Below are positions 15,622-24,440 of a stretch of 24,440 nucleotides of DNA, piece by piece. Both the position numbers and the translations under genes were made by a program. The notes beneath the pieces are model-generated. The model had not been told where the DNA came from. It saw only the letters and a list, made by a program, of their open reading frames with translations, and did not search any database. Positions within the stretch are counted from its first letter, which is position 1. Every line of letters begins with the position of its first letter. This DNA is from Promethearchaeota archaeon (GTDB taxonomy: Archaea; Asgardarchaeota; Lokiarchaeia; Sigyniarchaeales; SOKP01): assembly GCA_018238625.1 (NCBI GenBank), contig JABCSY010000060.1:1-24440 (forward strand), given 5' to 3'.

Positions 15622-18390
15622 ATGGTAAAAACTAATAAAAAAGTCTCAAAAATTATGGTAATAAGTATTATTGCTTTAATTACTAGCGGAGCATTGCTGT
15701 TTCTTTTAATGATACCCGCACATGGACAAGCTGCAAATCAAAAAAATATTTTAGTTATTAGTAAAGGAAATGATAAAACTATTATTCAAAGATTAAGAAT
15801 TGATACGGACAATTTTAACATTTCAGTTGTTGCGGATACAGAGCCCCTTAATTCTATTGGTTCATGGATTGACAGCGTAATAATCATTGATGCTTTATTA
15901 GACTCTACGAAGCAAAATCTTCTTTCAAATTTTGTGGATGGGGGTGGTTCAGTTGTTATATTAATGGGCCAGAATTTGTTTAACAATGCAACCCTTTTAG
16001 GAAAATTGGAATTAATTAACAATACTTTATTTGAAGCAGAAAAAAAGATAAACCAAGAACAAAGCCTTTTTGTCATAGCAAACACCAATCATCCAATAAG
16101 TAAAAATATGGATTGGAATTCTGCGCCTAGTATGAAAATCGATAATATGACCTATATACCCATTGAAAGTTTAAATGCGTCAGTTGAGAGAATTATTGAT
16201 ACGTATCCTATTTCAAAAAATTTAGAGATTAACGCTAATCGGCGACCAGTTTTATTAGAAAAAGCAAAGGGAAGCGGAAATATTATCTTATTTACTGGTT
16301 GGTTGGAAGAAGGAGCAAATCTAGATTTCAAACTGTGGCCATACTTTAATTATCTTTTATACACGATGATTTTTGAAAGTTTAAACCTAACTTTTCAAAC
16401 ATATTCAGCTTGGCCCTACTCTCCAGTACCTCACCTAATAGAGCAAATTATACTACTTATAGTCGTTATTGTATTGGCTATTCTAGCTGTAGCGTTATTT
16501 GTTGTAATGAAAAGAAAATCATCAACAGAAATGGATCGAGCTACAATAGAAGCATTAAAACAACAAGCAGAAGAAGAAGAACGAAAAAGGTTGAAAGAAG
16601 TAGAAGATCTCCAAAAAAAATTAGATGAACATGTTGACTTAAAAGACGATTGGGAAGTTATTGGAATTCACAGACAATTAGGAGGTTTTCTCTTTACGCT
16701 CTTTATGGCTTTATTGTTGATCATTCCACAGTTATTAATTTCAAATTTTATAATGCCTCAAATAATTCAGCCATATCCACAAGCAGCAGGATGGTACTAC
16801 TATGCATACAATATTTTCCAAGTAGCGTGGTTAATCTTTGATTTTGGCACATCTTTCGCATTAGCAAAGTTTTTTTCTCAATATAGGGGAGATAATCCAG
16901 AAAAAGCAATTCATTACATTCAGATTTTCGTGTGGTGGCAATTGTTTACAGGATTAGCACAAATTACGATTTTCGCATTTATTGGATCAATCGTCTTCCC
17001 ACAGATTCAATTTGCAGCGCATATGAGTTGGATTTTTATCACTTTTTCTTTAGTACAATATCCTGGTTTCTTCTTAGTATTTATGTTCACATTCCAGGGA
17101 TTGCAGAGAACAGATTTACATCTTATTACTTATGTTTTATGGGAAGTATTTTGGTTGCTTATTGGACAAATGGTTTTTTGTTATTTGGGACGTATGTGGG
17201 GTGCTGCAAATCCCATATTTGGTGAAGCACTCGGTGCGGGGATAGGATATGCATTAGCTAGATACTTTGATTATTGGATGACATTTCTCTTTTCTATGTA
17301 TTTATTTAAAAAACAAGGCTATTCACCTAAGACAGTATTTAGAACTGATTTTTCCAAGGAAGAATTTAAAGAATCTATAACATTTGGATCGAAATTAGCC
17401 TTTGGATCCTCATTTGTTCAAATTGGATGGTTCATACAAATAGTAATAACGAGTATGTTTATTGCTAACTATTCAAATGAACTTGGGTATTTTAACTTAG
17501 CATGGAATGTTGGTCTAATTGTTATGATCGTTGCATTATATGGCAATTCTTTATTAGGGGCATTTAGTGAGTCTTATTCCCATGGAAAAACTTCTTTAAC
17601 AAAATTATATATTTACCAAGGGTTTAGGTGGGGTAATTACTTTGCTTTTTTTCTAATATCAGTTATATTTGCAATTGGAGCTAAATTTATTGTGGGTGCT
17701 GCTGGTCCAGAATACGGAACTCCAGCTGTGAGATTCTTAATTCCACTATTAATATTTAATGGATTTGGAGTCTATTCATGGATAGGAGATGCTATATTTA
17801 CGGGAACAGGAAAAACAACTCTATTAGCGCTTATTTGGATACTAGAATTCGTAATAAGAGCAGTTTTACTAATAGTTTTAGTAATGTGGCTTAAAGACAT
17901 GATAGCAGTGATATATGCTTATATTCCTGCCGTATTTGCTAAGGGAGTTGTCCTCTGGGTTGTTGTTAAGTATAAGATTACAGATTATAAGCTATATCCA
18001 TTTAAATCGTTTTTAACACCTTTTCTTGCCGCTATTGGAAATTATTTAGTATTATCATTCTTTGGAGACCTTATCTGGACTATTGAATTAGGGGATAAAA
18101 TCTTAAACACAGCAATAATATTTGTGATTGGAATTTTTCTGTTCATGTATTTCTTTGCATTTTTAGATGGTTTATTCGGAGGATACGACGATAATTCTTT
18201 GAAAGAATTTGAAAGAGCAGCAAATCTTACTAAAGGGCGTTTTGGAGTCTTTCCAAAAACATTATATAAGGCAGCTAAAGTTGGAAGTAAAATTAGCCCG
18301 TTTCATAACAAATTTAAAATTGATATTTATGAAGAGGCTATGCAAGAAGCTTACGAGTTAACGCTAGAGAAAAAAGTTTTAAAAATCTAA
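15622..18390 (+). CDS. Large membrane protein: signal peptide, alpha/beta ectodomain, TM, charged coil and a polytopic MOP/Wzx-like (oligosaccharide flippase) domain
   Basis: Basic N-terminus and hydrophobic helix ending AHG-QA; soluble domain with L.NFV.GGG.V and GNIILF; TM at about aa 275-296; E/K-rich stretch; then about 12-14 hydrophobic helices including FDFGTS.AL.KF, which resembles Wzx/MATE-type flippases. Confidence 0.6.
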   Translation: MVKTNKKVSKIMVISIIALITSGALLFLLMIPAHGQAANQKNILVISKGNDKTIIQRLRIDTDNFNISVVADTEPLNSIGSWIDSVIIIDALLDSTKQNLLSNFVDGGGSVVILMGQNLFNNATLLGKLELINNTLFEAEKKINQEQSLFVIANTNHPISKNMDWNSAPSMKIDNMTYIPIESLNASVERIIDTYPISKNLEINANRRPVLLEKAKGSGNIILFTGWLEEGANLDFKLWPYFNYLLYTMIFESLNLTFQTYSAWPYSPVPHLIEQIILLIVVIVLAILAVALFVVMKRKSSTEMDRATIEALKQQAEEEERKRLKEVEDLQKKLDEHVDLKDDWEVIGIHRQLGGFLFTLFMALLLIIPQLLISNFIMPQIIQPYPQAAGWYYYAYNIFQVAWLIFDFGTSFALAKFFSQYRGDNPEKAIHYIQIFVWWQLFTGLAQITIFAFIGSIVFPQIQFAAHMSWIFITFSLVQYPGFFLVFMFTFQGLQRTDLHLITYVLWEVFWLLIGQMVFCYLGRMWGAANPIFGEALGAGIGYALARYFDYWMTFLFSMYLFKKQGYSPKTVFRTDFSKEEFKESITFGSKLAFGSSFVQIGWFIQIVITSMFIANYSNELGYFNLAWNVGLIVMIVALYGNSLLGAFSESYSHGKTSLTKLYIYQGFRWGNYFAFFLISVIFAIGAKFIVGAAGPEYGTPAVRFLIPLLIFNGFGVYSWIGDAIFTGTGKTTLLALIWILEFVIRAVLLIVLVMWLKDMIAVIYAYIPAVFAKGVVLWVVVKYKITDYKLYPFKSFLTPFLAAIGNYLVLSFFGDLIWTIELGDKILNTAIIFVIGIFLFMYFFAFLDGLFGGYDDNSLKEFERAANLTKGRFGVFPKTLYKAAKVGSKISPFHNKFKIDIYEEAMQEAYELTLEKKVLKI

Positions 18391-18505
18391 TATCTCTTCT
18401 TTTTTTTATTTATTAAAAAACTAATAAATAGAATTTATTCCAATTAAAAACTAATAATTTTAAATTAAGTTATTTGTTAGTTATAGGAAAGTAATAAAAT
18501 TTTTC

Positions 18506-21418
18506 ATGCCTTTTGAAGATATTAAATTTAAAGATCTCACTCCAATGATGCAACATTGGTATTCCGTTAAAAAGAAATACCCCGATACAATATTGGCTTA
18601 TCGCATGGGAGATTTTTACGAGTTTTTCTACGACGATGCCGTTCGAGTTTCAAATCTTTTAGGAATAACTTTGACAAAAAGAAAGATTGGATCGGATTCG
18701 TATCCCTTAGCAGGAATACCACATCACGCTGGCTCCTATTTAAATAATTTAATTAACTTAGGAGAAACGGTAGTAATTGTCGAACAATTAGAGGATCCCG
18801 CAACAGTAAAGGGAAGAATAGTTAAACGAGGTGTCGTTAGAATATTATCCCCGGGCACTGTTATCGAGCCAGATATGCTTAAATCAAACGAAAACAACTA
18901 TATTTGTTCTATTGTTAAAGAAAGAAAGGGATTCGGAATCGCTTTCGCCGATCTCTCAACGGGCGAATTCGTTACAACTGAATTTTTTAAGAGCGAACAA
19001 GATCCTCTAGAAAAAATACTAAGCATTTTCTCTCAATACAACCCAGTTGAAGTTATTGTACCTTCGGAACTCAAAAAGGACGAACATCTATTTCTATTAT
19101 TAACCGATTTAAACGATGCTCTAATTAAATCTTACGAAGATTACGTGTTTAATTACGACGAAGCTCAAGATTTAATTAAACGACATTTCAACATTTCCAA
19201 TCTAAATAGTTTTGATTTAGAAAATTGTGAAATGGCGGTTCAAGCTTCTGGTGGTTTATTAGCTTTTTTAAAAGAAACTCAAAGGGATGTAATTCCTAAT
19301 CTTTTTAAAATAAATCTCATTCGTGAAGAAAAAGTTTTACACTTAGATTATATTACTCAAAGAAATTTAGAACTAGTTAACTCACTTTGGGAAAAGGGGA
19401 AGGATACAACGTTGTATTCAATTTTTAATCAGACTCATACACCTATGGGTGCTCGCTTATTAAAAAAAATTATCCTTCAACCTTTAACAGACATAAATGA
19501 GATAAATCAAAGAATTAATATAGTTCAAAAGTTTAAAGACGATGTTTTCTTAAGGTCTGAATTAAGGGAAGAATTAAAGGTTATTGGTGATCTTGAAAGG
19601 TATGTAAACCGAATTAATTACTCTCGAAATTCCAACGCTCGCGACTTAATTAACTTAAAAAATTCTTTGGAAAAAATTCCTAAAATTAAAAAAATCTTAG
19701 AAAAATCTAAAATTCAGGAAGTCTCAAAATTCATTGATAAAATTAATGATTTTAAAGAAGCTCGAAGCGTAATAGAAGTCTCTATAAAAGACGACGCGCC
19801 ACTCACAGTCAAAGAGGGCCACTTGATTAAGACAGGATTTAACGAAAAGATTGATAAATTGAGAGATATCCTCCAAAATGGTAAAAATTACGTTCTTGAT
19901 TACGAAAAACAGCAGAGAGATAGATGGAAAGTAAATTCAGGTTTTAAAGTTGGACATAATAACATTCTTGGATATTACATACAAATTACTTTAAAAACGC
20001 TAAGATCTATCACAAAAATACCAGATGAATACATTGAACGCCAAACTCTCAAAAACGCGAAAAGGTACACCACAAAAGAACTAAAAGAGCTAGAAGAAAA
20101 GATTGTTCAAGCGGAAGAACAGATAAACGATTTGGAATACGAAGTATTTTGTATAATTAGAGAAAAGATTGTAAAAGAAACATTAAAAATCCTAGAAACT
20201 GCTAAAAAAATAGCATACATTGATGTTCTTGCTTGTTTTGCAGAAGTTGCAGAAAAATACGACTACTGTCGACCAAAAATCAATAACGAAGGTAAAATTG
20301 TGATTAAGGAGGGAAGACATCCCGTTGTTGAGCAATTAAGATTGTCTGAAAAGTTTATTCCTAACGATTGTTATTTAGATACTGATAAAGAGCAAATTTT
20401 AATGATTACTGGGCCGAATATGGCCGGAAAATCTACATATTTACGACAAGTTGCCTTAATTTGTATTATTGCTCAAATGGGGTGCTTTGTCCCGGCCAAA
20501 TCTGCTACTATAGGTGTTATTGATCAGATTTTCACTCGTATAGGCGCATCTGATGATTTAGCGAGGAAATTAAGCACATTTATGATAGAAATGACTGAAA
20601 CGGCGAAGATATTAAATTTTGTGACGAAGAAAAGCCTAGTTATAATAGACGAGCTTGGAAGAGGCACGAGCACTAGTGACGGTCAAAGTATCGCTTTAGC
20701 AACTCTCGAAAAATTACACGAATTGAAGGCAAAGACGCTATTTAGTACTCACTATCACCAATTAACTGAGATAAATCTACCAAGAATAAAAAACTATCAT
20801 TTAGACATTATCGAAAATGACGATGGAAGCATTAATTTCATTCGAAAATTGCAACCAGGAAGCACTGATAAATCCTATGGAATTCACATTGCGAAACTAG
20901 CAGGAATCCCAGACGACGTTATTATTAGAGCGTTTGAAATTTTAGACCAAATCGAGGAAAAAGATCCATTTAAAGCTACAGTAGAAGAAAACGGCAATGG
21001 AAGATTAGCTAATAAATATTACGACAAATTTATTCAAGAGAAAAAGAAAGCGCTAGAACGTTTGGATTTAGACTTAGATGTAAAACAGCGCGAGATGAAC
21101 GAGTGCGAAGCCGAACTAATTAAAAAGGAAAGAGAATTAGGACAAAAAAAATTTGAGGTTGAGAAAACGAAAGAACAGCTAACAACCCTTAAGGATAAGT
21201 CAGAGATCACTAACAAACAAGAAATTAGTCTTAAAAAGGAAAAAAAAATTGTGCAAACTACCTTTTTTAAACCAATTGTATTGAAAGAAAGAGCGGATAA
21301 CGAAAACTTTAAAGCGCTAATTAGAAAAATCGAAGACATCGATATTAACTCTATGACTCCAATCGACGCCATGAAAAAGCTAATAGAGCTTAAAGAGAAG
21401 ACTCGGAATATTAGTTAA
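18506..21418 (+). CDS. mutS: DNA mismatch repair protein MutS (MutS1 type)
   Basis: LTPMMQ, mismatch-recognition GDFYEFF, Walker A TGPNMAGKST, STFM.EM, Walker B IIDELGRGTST, THYH, SYGIHIA.LAG and C-terminal D.N.MTP.DA. Confidence 0.97.
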   Translation: MPFEDIKFKDLTPMMQHWYSVKKKYPDTILAYRMGDFYEFFYDDAVRVSNLLGITLTKRKIGSDSYPLAGIPHHAGSYLNNLINLGETVVIVEQLEDPATVKGRIVKRGVVRILSPGTVIEPDMLKSNENNYICSIVKERKGFGIAFADLSTGEFVTTEFFKSEQDPLEKILSIFSQYNPVEVIVPSELKKDEHLFLLLTDLNDALIKSYEDYVFNYDEAQDLIKRHFNISNLNSFDLENCEMAVQASGGLLAFLKETQRDVIPNLFKINLIREEKVLHLDYITQRNLELVNSLWEKGKDTTLYSIFNQTHTPMGARLLKKIILQPLTDINEINQRINIVQKFKDDVFLRSELREELKVIGDLERYVNRINYSRNSNARDLINLKNSLEKIPKIKKILEKSKIQEVSKFIDKINDFKEARSVIEVSIKDDAPLTVKEGHLIKTGFNEKIDKLRDILQNGKNYVLDYEKQQRDRWKVNSGFKVGHNNILGYYIQITLKTLRSITKIPDEYIERQTLKNAKRYTTKELKELEEKIVQAEEQINDLEYEVFCIIREKIVKETLKILETAKKIAYIDVLACFAEVAEKYDYCRPKINNEGKIVIKEGRHPVVEQLRLSEKFIPNDCYLDTDKEQILMITGPNMAGKSTYLRQVALICIIAQMGCFVPAKSATIGVIDQIFTRIGASDDLARKLSTFMIEMTETAKILNFVTKKSLVIIDELGRGTSTSDGQSIALATLEKLHELKAKTLFSTHYHQLTEINLPRIKNYHLDIIENDDGSINFIRKLQPGSTDKSYGIHIAKLAGIPDDVIIRAFEILDQIEEKDPFKATVEENGNGRLANKYYDKFIQEKKKALERLDLDLDVKQREMNECEAELIKKERELGQKKFEVEKTKEQLTTLKDKSEITNKQEISLKKEKKIVQTTFFKPIVLKERADNENFKALIRKIEDIDINSMTPIDAMKKLIELKEKTRNIS

Positions 21419-22332
21419 GGTAAAAGGATAGGAAATACCCAAACAACTAACGAATTATATATGTAATAAGCAGTAAAAAGAATTATAATTATTATTCTAA
21501 TCTGCTTTTTTCTTTTTCCTTCTGTTAAGCTTTCGAAAAAAATGATATATAAGAAACTAATAAACATTAAATGGGAAGGTTGTAAAGCTTTCCAAAGAAT
21601 GGAGTCTATAATTGTTAAACCTTGAATGTTTGTATCACTACTCAACCAATTGTTCAACATCTGTGAAAGGAAATCTGGAAATATAAGATAAGGCAAACAG
21701 ATAATAAAGAATGGAATAAGATAATATAGCAAATCCCTAAATTTAATTTTCCTTGAAGCTATAATTACCGGAATGTACAAAATTGAATTGATCTTAAATG
21801 TAGCAAGAGTAAAAAAAATTCCAGCAAGTAATTTTTCATCGTCATTCACAAAAGAATAAGACAGAAACAGAAAAAAAAGTATTACAAAATTGACATTATT
21901 AAACCACCCATCAATTAAATAACCTATCGTTAATAATCCGTAAAAAATAAAAAGATCCTTGCGATTTCCAAATATTTTATAAGATTTTAATATAATATAA
22001 CTCACAGAAATTAATCTTAAAGCGTCCCATACATAAACTCCTATCTCAAAAGGAATTAGCCCCATAGGTAAAAACAAAAAGTACCAAAAATATAGATAGT
22101 ATGGCGGCCAATCAGGAATTCCAGGGGGCATCTCCGCGACTTTATAAAAGTCTATTAAGCCATTATGGAACCCTCTTAATAAAATGTTAAAATCGACATC
22201 GCGAGAGATTTCTAATAATAGCGGAAAATCATATAAATTGATAAGAATCCTTAATGCAATAAATAAAACTGTGATAAAAGCTAAAAAACATATGAAATAT
22301 TTATGAAAAGGGTATTCTCTTTCGATTCTCAT
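21415..22332 (-). CDS. GT-C fold membrane glycosyltransferase, GT87/DUF2029-like
   Basis: Polytopic; DF after TM1, PPY.Y....LFLP, W..L, NNVN and AG....LA.FK pattern typical of GT87-like proteins. Shares a TTAA stop overlap with mutS. Confidence 0.7.
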   Translation of the reverse strand: MRIEREYPFHKYFICFLAFITVLFIALRILINLYDFPLLLEISRDVDFNILLRGFHNGLIDFYKVAEMPPGIPDWPPYYLYFWYFLFLPMGLIPFEIGVYVWDALRLISVSYIILKSYKIFGNRKDLFIFYGLLTIGYLIDGWFNNVNFVILFFLFLSYSFVNDDEKLLAGIFFTLATFKINSILYIPVIIASRKIKFRDLLYYLIPFFIICLPYLIFPDFLSQMLNNWLSSDTNIQGLTIIDSILWKALQPSHLMFISFLYIIFFESLTEGKRKKQIRIIIIILFTAYYIYNSLVVWVFPILLP

Positions 22333-22541
22333 TTTATTAAAATATTAATGGTAACATTATTAAAATGAATATTCTAAAGTATTTATAACGATTTAAAAGA
22401 CTTACTTTAGATTTTTAACTTCATTAGAAATGATTAAAAAATCGAATTTATTTAAACTTTAATAGAGTATTGTTTTAAATTTGATTAAAATTTGAAAGAT
22501 ATTAGCTTCAAAAAATTAAAATAATTGAAATTCTCAAAAAA

Positions 22542-24386
22542 TTGAAAAGAAACAAAATTAAGAAAATAGAGGACGCTGAAAAGATAGCAGCTGGAGAAGT
22601 AGTGGAAAGACCTGCGAATGTCGTTAAGGAATTAATTGAAAATAGTATAGATGCTGGAGCGAAAGAAATTCGAATTATAGTTAAAAAAGCTGGAAAAAGC
22701 CTAATCCATGTTATAGACGACGGCATTGGTATCCCTCCCGATGAGATTATAATAGCATTTGAGCGCCATACAAGTAGTAAAATTAACAGATTTGAGGATT
22801 TAGAGGTTTTATCTACTTTAGGATTTAGGGGGGAGGCGTTAGCTAGTATTGCAGCCGTTAGTCAAGTTGAAATAACTTCAAGGATTAAGGAAAAAGAACG
22901 AGGAGTAAAATTAGTAATAGAAGATGGAAAAATTGTCGATAAAAAAGAAATTTTTTGTCCCATTGGAACAGACATTAAGGTTAAAAGTTTATTCTACAAC
23001 ATTCCAGCTAGATTAAAGTTTTTAAAGAAAGACCCTACTGAGTTGGGCCAAATCACTGATATCATACAGCGGTATGCTTTAGCCTATCCCCATATTCATT
23101 TCATTTATATGCATAACGATTTAAATATTCTTAATTGTCCCGCTTTAAACGATTTAAAAACGACTATTTTTCATATTTATGGGAAAAATGTTGCAAAATT
23201 TATGGAGCCTATCAATTTCAAGGAAGGAAATTTAAAACTCCATGGGTTACTTGGTCATAGTGAAGTTTCAAAAAAGAAAAGAACGCATTCAAGTATAATC
23301 TTAAATAAGCGGTATGTCATAAGCGACCTTTTGTTTAGAGCTATACAAGAAGCGTATAAAGGGACGTTAATGAAAGGAAAGTATCCGTTTTTCATCTTGC
23401 ATTTAGAAATAGATCCCTCTGTAATTGATTTTAACGTACACCCTAAAAAGTTAAACATAAGGTTTGAAAACGAAGATTACATATATAACAAGGTTTACAA
23501 CATCGTTCGCAAAGTTGTTGAAGAAAAGTTTATTGAAAAAGAGGTTACTTACGATTTTCAAGAAATTAGTAAATTTACTTCGCCTCAAGCAGAAGCTGAT
23601 GAAGAAGAACCGAATGATAAGTCTGAAGTTTCAGTAGAAGAGTCTGAGAAAAGTTCAAAACACCAAATAGATAAATCTATTCAATTAAGTTTGACTGATC
23701 ACGATGTCGATAAAGGATTGGTAGGAGCCACTTCAACAGAAACTTTTCTGAGAGAAAAGTATGTAGTAGCGAAAAATTTTCCTAAACTACGATTAATATC
23801 TCACACTGGCCAATTAAGCAATAAAACTTACGTTATTTTAGAAGGAATTAATGAAAATGATGAGGGTGGTGTATATATCCTGGATCAACACGCAGCATCT
23901 GAGCGAGTAAATAAAGAGATATTTTACGATCTTTATAAAAAATCAGTGAAAAGTAAGCAAAAATTAATTTCGCCGCTTAAAATTGAGCTAAGTCCGAGCG
24001 AGAAATTTTTTTTACAGAACAATTTAAAAGAAATTAATCGACTTGGATTTGATTTCGAACATTTTGGAGGTAACACTTTCATTTTAAGATCAATCCCAAT
24101 AATAATGGGAAAAAACCCGAGTATGCAAATTATTAAAGAAATTATTAGCGATATGACAGAAATAGGGAAAGATAAAAGTTTCTCGGAAAAATTAGAAGAA
24201 ATTATTAATTATTTAGCGTGTCACAAAAGCATTCGAGGGGGCGACGATTTGTCTTTAAAAAATGTTAGATCGTTAATTGTAGATTTAGCAAATTGTAAGG
24301 ACTCGTTTCATTGCGCTCATGGAAGACCGACATTGAAATTTATCTCATATAAAGAACTAGATAAGCTTTTTAAAAGAGTAGTTTAA
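22542..24386 (+). CDS. mutL: DNA mismatch repair endonuclease MutL
   Basis: IAAGEVVERP..VVKELIENSIDAGA, DDG.GI, GFRGEALASI, NVHP.K, endonuclease motif DQHAASERVNKE, ACH and CAHGRP. TTG start. Confidence 0.97.
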   Translation: MKRNKIKKIEDAEKIAAGEVVERPANVVKELIENSIDAGAKEIRIIVKKAGKSLIHVIDDGIGIPPDEIIIAFERHTSSKINRFEDLEVLSTLGFRGEALASIAAVSQVEITSRIKEKERGVKLVIEDGKIVDKKEIFCPIGTDIKVKSLFYNIPARLKFLKKDPTELGQITDIIQRYALAYPHIHFIYMHNDLNILNCPALNDLKTTIFHIYGKNVAKFMEPINFKEGNLKLHGLLGHSEVSKKKRTHSSIILNKRYVISDLLFRAIQEAYKGTLMKGKYPFFILHLEIDPSVIDFNVHPKKLNIRFENEDYIYNKVYNIVRKVVEEKFIEKEVTYDFQEISKFTSPQAEADEEEPNDKSEVSVEESEKSSKHQIDKSIQLSLTDHDVDKGLVGATSTETFLREKYVVAKNFPKLRLISHTGQLSNKTYVILEGINENDEGGVYILDQHAASERVNKEIFYDLYKKSVKSKQKLISPLKIELSPSEKFFLQNNLKEINRLGFDFEHFGGNTFILRSIPIIMGKNPSMQIIKEIISDMTEIGKDKSFSEKLEEIINYLACHKSIRGGDDLSLKNVRSLIVDLANCKDSFHCAHGRPTLKFISYKELDKLFKRVV

Positions 24387-24440
24387 TTGGTTTTTTTACT
24401 CATTACGTAATTCTTCAAATAATTAAGATATAAATAGCAC

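Noticed and set aside
1061-23458. Short ORFs overlapping larger genes (e.g. 1061-1345, 2820-3026, 4396-4656, 7282-7602, 10500-10757, 11385-11807, 13256-13633, 14724-15089, 16410-17225, 21034-21372, 23255-23458)
   Set aside because: They are antisense or alternate-frame shadows of well-supported genes and carry no recognisable motifs.
238-24386. Methyl-directed mismatch repair linking the adenine methyltransferase with mutS/mutL
   Set aside because: The genes are 16 kb apart, no MutH is present, the methyltransferase is not Dam-like, and MutL carries its own endonuclease motifs.

Overview
A very AT-rich, gene-dense archaeal chromosomal window. The likely source is an Asgard archaeon of the Lokiarchaeia type; this is an inference from the combination of an Sm protein, RIO2, four-subunit POR/VOR genes, a eukaryote-like PPP phosphatase, a gelsolin-like domain, a multi-PAS histidine kinase and bacterial-type MutS/MutL. 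There are 19 credible CDSs. In order: an orphan N6-adenine DNA methyltransferase, PPP phosphatase, GGCT-like protein, Sm protein, SAM methyltransferase, RIO2, gelsolin-like/4-TM membrane protein, porB-porA-porD, a 5-PAS histidine kinase lying antisense between porD and porC, porC, a lipase, two tandem crotonase paralogs, a large ectodomain plus MOP-flippase-like protein, mutS, a GT87-like glycosyltransferase and mutL. I saw no rRNA, tRNA, CRISPR array or transposase. The strongest leads are (1) a gelsolin-like domain fused to four TM helices, a candidate actin-membrane link; (2) an Sm / Bud23-like methyltransferase / RIO2 cluster; (3) an exact 41-bp promoter-plus-ATG duplication in front of two diverged crotonases that differ at a catalytic Glu; and (4) two normally contiguous gene sets each split by an antisense gene. 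All family calls come from reading motifs by eye; no searches were run.
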